This document shows, one piece after another, positions 24,122-32,262 of a DNA stretch of 44,200 nt. The position numbers were made by a program, and so were the translations under genes. Position 1 is the stretch's first letter. Every line of letters starts with the position of its first letter. Under the pieces are notes generated by a model. It saw only the letters and a list, made by a program, of their open reading frames with translations. It was not told the DNA's origin and did no database searches. The DNA is from a virus. The stretch lies in IMG/VR virus record IMGVR_UViG_3300045988_113957, positions 1-44,200 of that record; one strand, written 5' to 3'.

Positions 24122-24580
24122 ATGACTTTATATGAAATCAACCAGAACATTCTGTCTCTTATTGATGAAGAGACAGGCGAAATCTCCGACACTGTAGCGT
24201 TCGAAGCACTGCTCGGCGCAAAAGACGAAAAGCTTGAAAACATAATCAAGCTGTACAAGAATGCAACAGCCGACAGTGCGGCACTCAAAGCCGAAGCGGA
24301 CGCATTCACAAAGAGAGCAAAAGCGGCGGCGGCACTTGCTGACCGCATGAAGGCAATGTTGGAAGCCGAGCTTGACGGCAACACATTTGAATGCACGACC
24401 GGAAAGGTTAGCTTCCGCAAGAGCAAGGCACTCATTGTGGACGACGAAGCCCGCATTCCCGAGCAGTATCAGAAAATTGCCTTTAGCGTTGACAAGGCTG
24501 CACTCAAGAAGGCAATTGAAGGCGGCGAGAACATTGCGGGTGCGCACATTGAAGTGCGTCAGAATGTGCAGGTGAAATGA
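24122..24580 (+). CDS. Siphovirus Gp157-family protein
   Basis: 152 aa; N-terminal MTLYEINQNILSLIDEETGEI and a coiled-coil centre typical of Sipho_Gp157; sits upstream of an annealase as usual. Confidence 0.6.
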   Translation: MTLYEINQNILSLIDEETGEISDTVAFEALLGAKDEKLENIIKLYKNATADSAALKAEADAFTKRAKAAAALADRMKAMLEAELDGNTFECTTGKVSFRKSKALIVDDEARIPEQYQKIAFSVDKAALKKAIEGGENIAGAHIEVRQNVQVK

Positions 24581-24581
24581 C

Positions 24582-25313
24582 ATGAAAGAACTAAAATTTC
24601 GGTGTCTGCGGGCGGAAGATGTAAACGCAAGAGTGCAGAAACTTGTAGTCGGTAGCGGGGCAATTTTGCTGCTGTACAAAGATGCAAGGGTTGACATGGC
24701 TATGCTTGATAAAGAAGTCGGACCTTTTAACTGGAAAAGGGAACACAGCCGTGACAATGCGAATTGCACCATCAGTATTTGGGACGAAGAGAAATCCCAA
24801 TGGGTGAGCAAGGAAGATGTCGGCACTCCGTCAAACACGGAGGCAGAAAAAGGGCTTGCAAGCGACGCTTTTAAGCGTGCCGGCTTCAACTGGGGCATCG
24901 GCAGGGAGCTGTACACTGCGCCTTTTATCTGGGTTAATGCGGACAAATTTCAGACTCGCAAGACCCCGAGGGGAGGCGATGAGGTTGACGGCAAGTTCCT
25001 CGTCACCCGCATGGACGTTGACGAGGACAGCCGCAAAATCACACGGCTGGAAATTGCTTTTAAGCACAAAAACAACCCTGCAACCCCTTGTTTTAAATGG
25101 GTGGATACGGACGCAAAGCCCGCAACCCCGAAAGAACCTGCAAAGCAACCGAGCCGTGCAGACCAACTGGCAGAGCTTGAACGGCTGTTGACGGAGACCA
25201 ACACCGACAGACAAAAGTTCTTCGGATATTACAAAGCAGAGAATGCTGACGAGATGGATGCTGACCAGCTGGCGGAGGGCTTGCAGATACTGCGCCGCCG
25301 TTCGGCAAAATGA
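24582..25313 (+). CDS. Single-strand annealing protein, Rad52/Sak (DUF1071) type
   Basis: LLLYKDARVDMAMLDKEVGPFNWKREH...AFKRAGFNWGIGRELY signature. Confidence 0.7.
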   Translation: MKELKFRCLRAEDVNARVQKLVVGSGAILLLYKDARVDMAMLDKEVGPFNWKREHSRDNANCTISIWDEEKSQWVSKEDVGTPSNTEAEKGLASDAFKRAGFNWGIGRELYTAPFIWVNADKFQTRKTPRGGDEVDGKFLVTRMDVDEDSRKITRLEIAFKHKNNPATPCFKWVDTDAKPATPKEPAKQPSRADQLAELERLLTETNTDRQKFFGYYKAENADEMDADQLAEGLQILRRRSAK

Positions 25314-25334
25314 AAGAGCAAGGAGGAATAAAAG

Positions 25335-26129
25335 ATGGAAAGAGCGAGGGAGAAAGCCAACCCCTGTCTTGACTGTATGTATGCAGTCCCTAAAAGGGGT
25401 GAACAGAACTGTTGTTGGGCGGAACGGTTTGAGCCTGTCGAAGGCTGGATTGCCCAAAAGGTTCATTACCCTTGGGCTCACAGCCCGTCCTGCAAAGAGA
25501 CGTACGCAATTGAGTACTGTCCAAAGTTTAAAATTGACCCAAGGGCATTAACGTACAACACACGTTTTGAGGAAACGCTCGGGCGGATGGAAGCGGCGGT
25601 GCGCCGTGTTGTATCAAATCCGTTCGGCATGACGGAAACGGAAGCTGTAGACTGTCTTTACTCCCGTGCCGAGGTCAGCAGGACGTTCCAACCCGCCGCA
25701 AAAGTACTTACGGTGATGAAACTGTTGCCGCCGGGCAAGGGAATATCCGTAACGAAAATAACGGAGCGAACACGGCTCACGATGAATGCTGTTGCAAACG
25801 CAATTACCATACTGACCGGATGGGGCTGGATATTCGAAGTCGATTGCGACATTATCGACTTCACGGTAACAATAACCCTCAATGGGTTTGATAATCCGCA
25901 GAAGGAGGTAGACATTGTGGAACAACAAAACAAGATGGTACTTGCCTGGCTCGAAGAGTACGGCACTATAACAGCGCAAGAAGCTGTTGAGGTGCTTGAC
26001 ATATACCGCTTGTCCGCAAGGATTTATGACCTGAGGGCAAAGGGACACAAAATACGCACAACGTCTGTATCAAGGACACGAGCAGACGGACGCAGAGTAT
26101 CTTACGCAAAATACATTCTGGAGGATTGA
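25335..26129 (+). CDS. DNA-binding protein: Cys-rich N-terminus plus a C-terminal winged-helix
   Basis: CLDCMY..NCCW..C..C at the N-terminus; C-terminal ITAQEAVEVLDIYRLSARIYDLRAKGHKI resembles the HTH_39-type wHTH. Confidence 0.5.
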   Translation: MERAREKANPCLDCMYAVPKRGEQNCCWAERFEPVEGWIAQKVHYPWAHSPSCKETYAIEYCPKFKIDPRALTYNTRFEETLGRMEAAVRRVVSNPFGMTETEAVDCLYSRAEVSRTFQPAAKVLTVMKLLPPGKGISVTKITERTRLTMNAVANAITILTGWGWIFEVDCDIIDFTVTITLNGFDNPQKEVDIVEQQNKMVLAWLEEYGTITAQEAVEVLDIYRLSARIYDLRAKGHKIRTTSVSRTRADGRRVSYAKYILED

Positions 26130-26130
26130 T

Positions 26131-26553
26131 ATGAACAAATCTATGTTTATTGGCAATGTTGCCACACAGCCTACAATGCGCACCACACAGTCTGGCAAGA
26201 ACTATTGCCTGTTCGTGGTTGCTGTGAACGACCGCCGCAAAAACGGCGAGGAAACGCAGTACATACGCTGTACGGCGTGGGATAAGTTAGGCGAGATATG
26301 CCAACAGTATCTCACCACAGGCACGAAGGTGTTCGTTGAAGGCACTGCGAAGGCACACGGCTATCTGGACAAGAACGCCGAAGCAAAAGCTGAATTGCAG
26401 CTAACGGTGCAGAACATGGAGATGCTGTCGAGCAAGAAAAAGAGCGACCCACAAAAGCTTGATGAGACAATCACCGATGTTCAGACAGGCTACAGCAGAC
26501 AGTTTACGGACGAAGGCAGGTTTACCGAGGTGGAAGCAGACCTTCCGTTCTAA
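26131..26553 (+). CDS. ssb: Single-stranded DNA-binding protein
   Basis: OB-fold N-terminus (FIGNVATQPTMRTTQSGKNYCLFVVAVN...RCTAWDKLGE) and an acidic tip ending DLPF. Confidence 0.85.
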   Translation: MNKSMFIGNVATQPTMRTTQSGKNYCLFVVAVNDRRKNGEETQYIRCTAWDKLGEICQQYLTTGTKVFVEGTAKAHGYLDKNAEAKAELQLTVQNMEMLSSKKKSDPQKLDETITDVQTGYSRQFTDEGRFTEVEADLPF

Positions 26554-26579
26554 GCTTTAAAAAAACATACGCACTGACA

Positions 26580-26608
26580 GGCGGGAAGTGAATTACTCCC
26601 GCCTTTTA
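26580..26608 (+). terminator. Rho-independent terminator after ssb
   Basis: GGCGGGA-agtgaattac-TCCCGCC followed by TTTTAG. Confidence 0.65.
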
Positions 26609-26639
26609 GTGTATATATTTTATTGATGCAAATTTGTTG

Positions 26640-26668
26640 TTGACTAATCGGGCAGAGTATGCTATAAT
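26640..26668 (+). promoter_or_regulatory. Replication-operon promoter
   Basis: TTGACT, 17 nt, TGcTATAAT. Confidence 0.7.
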
Positions 26669-26696
26669 CTGCACACGGCTTATGAAGGAGGCTAAA

Positions 26697-27398
26697 ATGA
26701 TTAAAGAATGGTTAGGAAAAAAGTTAAAACTGTCGGATGAGGAAATCCGTGCATATGCGTGGATTTTGAAAGAGACTGACGGCGGCGAAAGACCGCTGCA
26801 AACAACGATGCAAGAGTTTAAACAGGCAACGTGCCAAACGAAGACGTTTGCCGGTGAATTGCTTAAAGCCCTTGCAACAAAAGGCTGTATCGAGTATCAG
26901 CGGGTGGAAATTTGCAAAGACTGCATGTTGTTTATCCAAGTCACGGAGTTCGGCAAGCCCCCGCATGAGCTTTGCGAAGAAACCCCGCCGCCTACTCCGC
27001 CCCCGACACCTATCGACTACCGAGACGTGATAACGGAGGAAGCAGACCCCGAAGAAGAAAAAAGGGAAACCCTCCGACAGGCGATTATGGAGCTTGACAA
27101 CGAAAAAGACATCGTTATTGAGCCGTGGATGCTCAAATTTAGGCTTAAGCCGCTTGCCCTGCTGTACTACGCATACGCTTACAGCAACCGCAGCAGCGAA
27201 GACCGTTGGTATGAGAAAATTACCGACACTTGCAAGAAATTTGAGGTAAAAGAGGCTACCTTGGCACTCGCAAGAAACGCCCTAACGGAAAGAGGGCTGT
27301 TTATGCGCGAAATCCCGCAACGAAGGGCAAGTACCGCATATCCCTACATAATCAAAACAGAAATGCTTAAAAATTTCAAAAATACGGAGGAAAATTAA
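26697..27398 (+). CDS. Replication-associated wHTH-like protein with a Pro-rich linker
   Basis: GAAGGAGGctaaaATG; 233 aa; two helical halves joined by PPPTPPPTP. Confidence 0.45.
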   Translation: MIKEWLGKKLKLSDEEIRAYAWILKETDGGERPLQTTMQEFKQATCQTKTFAGELLKALATKGCIEYQRVEICKDCMLFIQVTEFGKPPHELCEETPPPTPPPTPIDYRDVITEEADPEEEKRETLRQAIMELDNEKDIVIEPWMLKFRLKPLALLYYAYAYSNRSSEDRWYEKITDTCKKFEVKEATLALARNALTERGLFMREIPQRRASTAYPYIIKTEMLKNFKNTEEN

Positions 27399-27399
27399 C

Positions 27400-28455
27400 A
27401 TGGCAAACACTAACATCAACACCAACGCATTCACCGCACGAATCAGCACCATTGACGCCGCAGGAGACCTTATAGCGGGCATTCTGCTTGACCGTATCAT
27501 TTACCTGCTCAGCCCCGAATCGGACGCAAAAACGGAACGTATAGAGCGTGACGGCTATACATGGATTGCTCGCCGCCGTGCAGACTGGAAAGATGAAATC
27601 CGCATCAGCGCAAAGCAGTACGACCGCGCCGCAAGGATACTGGAACGCAAGGGGTTCATCGTCACGAAAACCTTCCGCCTTGACGGCGACCCCGCTACCC
27701 ATATACGCCTTAACTATGACGTATTGAACTCTAATTTTTGCGATTGGAGTGACCGTGCAAACGTTGATTTGGGCAGTAACTCAAACGGCAACAACGGCGG
27801 CAAAACTGCTACCGAAAAGGTGAACAACGAACTCGCCAATGCGGAGACAGCAACTACCCCTTCGGGGGTAAACGCTGTTACCAAAAGGACAGTTGATGTT
27901 CCCGAAAGGGAATCTTACGCTCTCCCTGAAAGGGCAATTTCCCCTAATGGCAATAATAATAATAATAATCTTAATAGCAATATTAATTTAAATAAAAATA
28001 TTAATAATATTATTAATAAAAAATTTAATAATAATTATTTAAATAATAATAATAAATTAAATAAATTTAATAATATTAATAATTTAAATTTAAATTTAAA
28101 TAATAATAATAATACCGATAAGGCAAGTTTGGAACAACAGATTTGCCAATACACGGACTACAGACCCCTCAAAGAGGCACTGCAAAATTTTATTGCAATG
28201 CGTGAGAGAATCGACCGTCCGATAAACGTATACGGCATCAAGAAAGTGTTGCAGAAGCTTGATGACCTCAGCCTGTGCAACGAAGAGCGTGCTGTCGGCA
28301 TCGTACAGCAAAGCATTAACAGACAATGGCTGTCCTTCTACCCCATCAGCCAAAAGGCAGCACAGACCGTGCAGAGCGCATGGACGGCGGTGAAACCCGC
28401 TAAAGCACAGCCGCAAGAAAAAGCATGGAATCCGGCATACGGCATTCTTGTTTAA
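27400..28455 (+). CDS. Replisome organiser / DnaD-like replication initiator with an internal poly-Asn tract
   Basis: N-terminal wHTH-like LLDRIIYLL...GYTWIARRRADWKDEIRISAKQYDRAARILERKGFI; C-terminal DnaD/DnaB_2-like LKEALQNFIAMRERIDRPINVYGIKKVLQKLDDLS...SINRQWLSFYP. Confidence 0.6.
   Translation: MANTNINTNAFTARISTIDAAGDLIAGILLDRIIYLLSPESDAKTERIERDGYTWIARRRADWKDEIRISAKQYDRAARILERKGFIVTKTFRLDGDPATHIRLNYDVLNSNFCDWSDRANVDLGSNSNGNNGGKTATEKVNNELANAETATTPSGVNAVTKRTVDVPERESYALPERAISPNGNNNNNNLNSNINLNKNINNIINKKFNNNYLNNNNKLNKFNNINNLNLNLNNNNNTDKASLEQQICQYTDYRPLKEALQNFIAMRERIDRPINVYGIKKVLQKLDDLSLCNEERAVGIVQQSINRQWLSFYPISQKAAQTVQSAWTAVKPAKAQPQEKAWNPAYGILV
27952..28114. repeat. 163-bp AT-only low-complexity tract (3 G/C in total) inside the replisome-organiser gene
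   Basis: Encodes in frame NNNNNNLNSNINLNKNINNIINKKFNNNYLNNNNKLNKFNNINNLNLNLNNNNN; built from AAT/TTAAAT units. Confidence 0.95.
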
Positions 28456-28478
28456 AAAACCGAAAGGAGCAAAAGAAA

Positions 28479-29363
28479 ATGTTTGATGAAGCTTACAAAA
28501 TGCTTGCAAACTTAATGGCTTCCCTCACAGACGAAATGAAAGCCGAAGTAGAGAAACGCAAGGCAATGACCCCTCATGAGAGGCTGCAAGAGGCTGTTGA
28601 CTACTTTAACGCAACCACGCACGGGACGCTCAACGAGCAGGACGGTTGGGACTGTACGACATGCCACAATAGCGGATACATTGCCCGCATAGGGATAAAC
28701 AAGCACGGCGAGGAAGAAATGCAGCACGTCAAGTGTAAATGCATGAAGGTGCGCAAATCAATCCGTGCGCTCAAGGCAAGCGGGCTTGAGGATGAAGTCA
28801 AGCGTTGCAGGTTTGACAATTATGATACCACCGAACCGTGGCAAGCAAGGCTCAAAGAGACCGCTCAAGCCTTCACAAAGGCTGCACTTGAGGATAGTTC
28901 CGAGGCGCATTGCTTGTTTTTCGGCGGGCAAAGCGGAGCGGGCAAAAGCCACCTTTGCACGGCGGTTTTTCGGGAGTTCTTGCTGTCAAACAGGCTTGCA
29001 AGGTACGCACAATGGGTTGGCACGGCTCAGGGCATTAAGGCGGTTGCCAATGATGCAGAGGCGTACAAAGCCGCAATTGACGAGCTTGCGGAATGCGACT
29101 TGCTGTACATTGACGACCTGTTTAAGCCAGTGAACAATGCAGCCCCGACAGCAGCGGACGTGCGACTTGCATATGACATAATCAACCGCCGATATGTACG
29201 GCATAAACCGACTATCGTATCTTCGGAACTGACCAGCGGTGAAATCATTGACATTGACGAAGCCACAGGCGGCAGGATAGTTGAGATGGCGGCGGGCTAC
29301 ACCATAAACATCAAGCGTGACCGTACCCGCAACTACCGTTTGCGCAGCACCATGGAGGTGTAA
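28479..29363 (+). CDS. DnaC/IstB-like AAA+ helicase loader
   Basis: RBS AAAGGAG; Walker A GGQSGAGKSH; Walker B LLYIDDL; N-terminal CxxC..CxC zinc motif. Confidence 0.75.
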   Translation: MFDEAYKMLANLMASLTDEMKAEVEKRKAMTPHERLQEAVDYFNATTHGTLNEQDGWDCTTCHNSGYIARIGINKHGEEEMQHVKCKCMKVRKSIRALKASGLEDEVKRCRFDNYDTTEPWQARLKETAQAFTKAALEDSSEAHCLFFGGQSGAGKSHLCTAVFREFLLSNRLARYAQWVGTAQGIKAVANDAEAYKAAIDELAECDLLYIDDLFKPVNNAAPTAADVRLAYDIINRRYVRHKPTIVSSELTSGEIIDIDEATGGRIVEMAAGYTINIKRDRTRNYRLRSTMEV

Positions 29364-29364
29364 A

Positions 29365-29790
29365 ATGGAGTTTGTATACAACCTTCGAGCAATCGGCAAA
29401 GGCAGACCCCGAATCAACACATACACGCACGTTGCATACACGCCGAAGACCACACAGGCGTATGAAACGGCTCTGAAAGCCCACACACGGGCTTTAATGA
29501 GTGCAGACGATAAAATACCTTACCCAGCCGAAACCCCGCTTAAAATCGAAATATGTGCGTTTTACGCTATGCCCAAACGTTGGAGCAAAAGAAAACGTGC
29601 CGAGCTTGACGGCAAGCCGATGATGCAGAAACCCGACTGCGACAATGCCGCAAAAGCTATACTTGACGCATTAAACGGTTTAGTGTATAATGACGATAAG
29701 CAGATAACCGAGCTGCACATGGCAAAAGTTTACAGCACGGCAGACAAAATAACGGTGAAGATTACGGAGGCAGAGAATGGAGAATTTTGA
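29365..29790 (+). CDS. rusA: RusA-family Holliday junction resolvase
   Basis: KPDCDNAAKAILDALNGLVYNDDKQI signature; 141 aa. Confidence 0.75.
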   Translation: MEFVYNLRAIGKGRPRINTYTHVAYTPKTTQAYETALKAHTRALMSADDKIPYPAETPLKIEICAFYAMPKRWSKRKRAELDGKPMMQKPDCDNAAKAILDALNGLVYNDDKQITELHMAKVYSTADKITVKITEAENGEF

Positions 29791-30304
29791 AGGACTGGCA
29801 ATGTACGGTTTACAGCCGGGGGAAGTATTTAAAACCGTGAGTGGCACGGACAATACATATGCCGTATCCAACAAGGGCAGGATATTTAACTGCCGCAGGC
29901 GCAGATTTGTACAGCCCGCAAGCGACACGGTGAGGATAAGACAGGACGGCAAGTGGCGAAACGTAACTCGGCAAAGAGTTGTCGCCGAAGCCTTCGTGCC
30001 GAACCCGAACAACAAGCCTTGCGCACTGAAAATAGACTATGACAAAGGGATTGAAGCCGAAAACCTGTACTGGGGTGAATGGCGGGAAACCCTTTACAAA
30101 CGCAAAGCACAGCAAGGCGACCCACACCCCTTTGTCAAAAAAAGAATCACCGGCACGTCAATCCATGACGGCAGCGAGATTCACTACGACAGCATGAAAG
30201 AAGCTGAAAAGGACGGCTATCTTGTTTGCGGCATAAGCAATTGCGTTCGTGGGCGCAAAAAACGGTACAAGGGCTACACATGGAGGGAGGTAAACGATGG
30301 TTGA
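29777..30304 (+). CDS. NUMOD4/HNH_3-like protein with a decayed catalytic motif (copy 1)
   Basis: YAVSNKGRIFN (NUMOD4-like); VVAEAFVPNPNNKPCALKIDYDKGIEAENLYW has K in place of the HNH His; C-terminal ..RKKRYKGYTWR. Confidence 0.55.
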   Translation: MENFEGLAMYGLQPGEVFKTVSGTDNTYAVSNKGRIFNCRRRRFVQPASDTVRIRQDGKWRNVTRQRVVAEAFVPNPNNKPCALKIDYDKGIEAENLYWGEWRETLYKRKAQQGDPHPFVKKRITGTSIHDGSEIHYDSMKEAEKDGYLVCGISNCVRGRKKRYKGYTWREVNDG

Positions 30305-30821
30305 GACATGGCAGCCTGTAAAAAGATTCCCAGATTACGAAGTTTCGAACCTTGGGCGTTTTCGGGAAAAGGCGACAGGAAAAGCGGTAAAGGTGTATAA
30401 AGGCTGGTATGTACACCTTATGCGCAACGGCATTCTCTACGCACGGAGTGCCGCAAAGCTGGTTGCGCAGGTTTACGTTCCAAACCCCGACCCGAAAAAC
30501 AAAAAACGGGTCGAAAGATACAACCGCAAGTTTACAGACATTCGGGCGGAAAACTTGTATTGGGCAAACTGGGCGGAGCGGGACTGTCCAGACAAAGACA
30601 ACCCGATTAAGCAGGCACAAAAAAAGCTTATTGACAAAAAGTATGCCGTTATCGGCACGTCACTGGAAGACGGACACGAAATACATTTCGAAAGCACACA
30701 GGCAGCGGGAAGAGCAGGATTTAGTTTCCAATGCGTGTCTCGCTGTTGCAGGGGCGAAAGCAAAACACACAAAGGCTACACATGGAGAAAGGCGGAGAGA
30801 GACAATGACAAAAATTCTTGA
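30297..30821 (+). CDS. NUMOD4/HNH_3-like protein with a decayed catalytic motif (copy 2)
   Basis: WQPVKRFPDYEVSNLGRF; LVAQVYVPNPDPKNKKRVERYNRKFTDIRAENLYW lacks the His; C-terminal ..SKTHKGYTWR. Confidence 0.55.
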   Translation: MVETWQPVKRFPDYEVSNLGRFREKATGKAVKVYKGWYVHLMRNGILYARSAAKLVAQVYVPNPDPKNKKRVERYNRKFTDIRAENLYWANWAERDCPDKDNPIKQAQKKLIDKKYAVIGTSLEDGHEIHFESTQAAGRAGFSFQCVSRCCRGESKTHKGYTWRKAERDNDKNS

Positions 30822-31311
30822 CAGCGGCAATCGTACGGAGTTTGAGACAGGCGCAGTGCGTGACGTTCAGCAGGGCAAAGGGCGGTTCGATTTAATGCCG
30901 CTGGACATTATGAGCAAAGTGTTTGAGATTGAGTTTGCAGACGAATTTGAGGAAGGCAGCATTGCGGATGTGCTGAAATCTATAGCGGTTTTCCAGCAGA
31001 CAGGCAACGAAGGCTGGCTGTGTATTGCGATAGCGCATTACAGTCAGGCAGTGCATGTTTCCCTTCCAACTCTCATGCTTGACGTTGCAAAACATTTCGA
31101 AAACGGTGCTTTGAAATACGGAGAACACAACTGGAAAAAAGGAATTCCTGTCAGCCGTTATATTGATTCAGCGGTTCGGCACTTGATGAAAGATTGCGAC
31201 TGCGAGACGGACGAAGACCACGAAGCCGCATTTGTGTGGAACTGCATGTGCGCCGCATGGACGATGAAACATAAGCCCGAGATGGACGATTACACGCAAA
31301 AGTGTGACTAA
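30805..31311 (+). CDS. DUF5664 / dATP-dGTP diphosphohydrolase-like (MazG-related) protein
   Basis: DSGNRTEFETGAVRDVQQGKGRFDLMP...GALKYGEHNWKKGIP..SAVRHL...DEDHEAAFVWN pattern. Only the last 168 codons of ORF 30409..31311 are used. Confidence 0.55.
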   Translation: MTKILDSGNRTEFETGAVRDVQQGKGRFDLMPLDIMSKVFEIEFADEFEEGSIADVLKSIAVFQQTGNEGWLCIAIAHYSQAVHVSLPTLMLDVAKHFENGALKYGEHNWKKGIPVSRYIDSAVRHLMKDCDCETDEDHEAAFVWNCMCAAWTMKHKPEMDDYTQKCD

Positions 31312-31341
31312 CTTGCTGGTAACTTGCCTGTAACTTGCTGG
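31309..31341. repeat. Three tandem 11-bp repeats TAACTTGC(T/C)(G/T)G
   Basis: taacttgctgg taacttgcctg taacttgctgg, beginning at the stop codon of 30805..31311 and ending 34 bp upstream of the -35 box at 31375. Confidence 0.9.
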
Positions 31342-31374
31342 TAAAAATATATTTGCCAATGGGTGCAAAAACGC

Positions 31375-31403
31375 TTGACAAACATAGATGACAGGGATAT
31401 AAT
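31375..31403 (+). promoter_or_regulatory. Consensus promoter of the small-gene operon
   Basis: AAAACGC-TTGACA, 17 nt, TATAAT. Confidence 0.75.
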
Positions 31404-31447
31404 ACTCTACGAGAAGCGCAGGAAGCGCAAACAAGGAGGATTTAAAA

Positions 31448-31654
31448 ATGATATATTTTAAAATCGAACGTCCTGTATCTATTGGGACGTATCCGAAACC
31501 GCAAGGCAACCGTGTTGACGCAATCGTCAACTTTGATGAACCAATATTCGTTGCCGAAATCGGCAGGTCTGCGTGGGGGTACATCGAGTATGCGCACCCG
31601 CTGACAGCGGAACAGGCGGCGGCATATGAACTGACAAAAGGCAAGGAGGAATAG
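31448..31654 (+). CDS. Small protein (68 aa), possibly DarA_N-like
   Basis: AAGGAGGA RBS; the pattern RP-x-SIGTYPK ... WGYIEY-x3-LT-x-EQ-x3-YEL is recalled from polyvalent-protein / DarA N-terminal modules (unverified). Confidence 0.4.
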   Translation: MIYFKIERPVSIGTYPKPQGNRVDAIVNFDEPIFVAEIGRSAWGYIEYAHPLTAEQAAAYELTKGKEE

Positions 31655-31655
31655 A

Positions 31656-31784
31656 ATGAATTATTGGGCGTTTTTTTGGGTATTAGCCCCTGTTGCCGCT
31701 TGCATGGTGCTGATTTTCGCAAGCAACTGGGTGGAAAAGACAGGGGAAACCCTGTTGGACTGGTGGAGGCGTCACCATGAGTGA
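31656..31784 (+). CDS. 42-aa single-TM peptide
   Basis: AAGGAGGAatagaATG; MNYWAFFWVLAPVAACMVLIFASNW...; below the ORF-track cutoff. Confidence 0.45.
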   Translation: MNYWAFFWVLAPVAACMVLIFASNWVEKTGETLLDWWRRHHE

Positions 31785-32022
31785 TACGATTGGCAAAAGT
31801 GTATGCCTGCTACTGTGGGGCGGAGTGAGCTATATCGTGCTGGCATCGATATTGATTCTTGCAGTGGATTTTGCGCAAGAGCATCTGCATGTTAAGGGCA
31901 AAAGAAACCAGCCAATATCAATAGCGAAGGTTTGTTCGGCAGCGGCTGTATGCATTGTGGCAGCAATCGAGGTACTTGTGGTGGTGTACGGGTTTGTTTA
32001 TATATTAACAAAAGGAGTTTAG
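31777..32022 (+). CDS. Two-TM membrane protein (81 aa)
   Basis: Overlapping start (caccATGAGTGA); two hydrophobic helices. Confidence 0.5.
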   Translation: MSDTIGKSVCLLLWGGVSYIVLASILILAVDFAQEHLHVKGKRNQPISIAKVCSAAAVCIVAAIEVLVVVYGFVYILTKGV

Positions 32023-32023
32023 C

Positions 32024-32242
32024 ATGGGCATATTCGTTGATTTGGGCAAAATTAAAGAGCGGGCAGAATTGATTGCAACGCTTGCATATGGGATTAACGG
32101 CGATATATACGCGCATTGTGAGGCACGGAAAGACTATCCGTATTACAGTCTGCCAGCAGGCGTACCGAAAAAAACGCAAATACAGGCGGACATTCTGCGC
32201 TTGCGGCGGGAGCTGCTTGCGCTGTCAAAAATGCTGGACTAA
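32024..32242 (+). CDS. Hypothetical protein (72 aa)
   Basis: RBS AAAGGAG. Confidence 0.45.
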   Translation: MGIFVDLGKIKERAELIATLAYGINGDIYAHCEARKDYPYYSLPAGVPKKTQIQADILRLRRELLALSKMLD

Positions 32243-32262
32243 TGACAGGAGGACGAAACAAG

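Noticed and set aside
23821-24946. Long minus-strand ORFs (211 aa and 272 aa) antisense to the Gp157/annealase region
   Set aside because: They fully overlap + strand genes with clear family signatures, RBSs and operon structure. Their Ser/Ala/Leu-rich composition is typical of antisense frames.
27952-28114. AT-rich repeat tract considered as a CRISPR array, satellite or assembly artefact
   Set aside because: There is no repeat-spacer organisation. The tract keeps the reading frame of a gene whose flanks both match replisome-organiser domains, so it is a genuine in-frame low-complexity insert.
30409-30804. First 132 codons of the 300-aa ORF 30409..31311
   Set aside because: This part overlaps the second HNH-like gene in another frame and has no RBS. 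DUF5664-like similarity starts only at the ATG at 30805.
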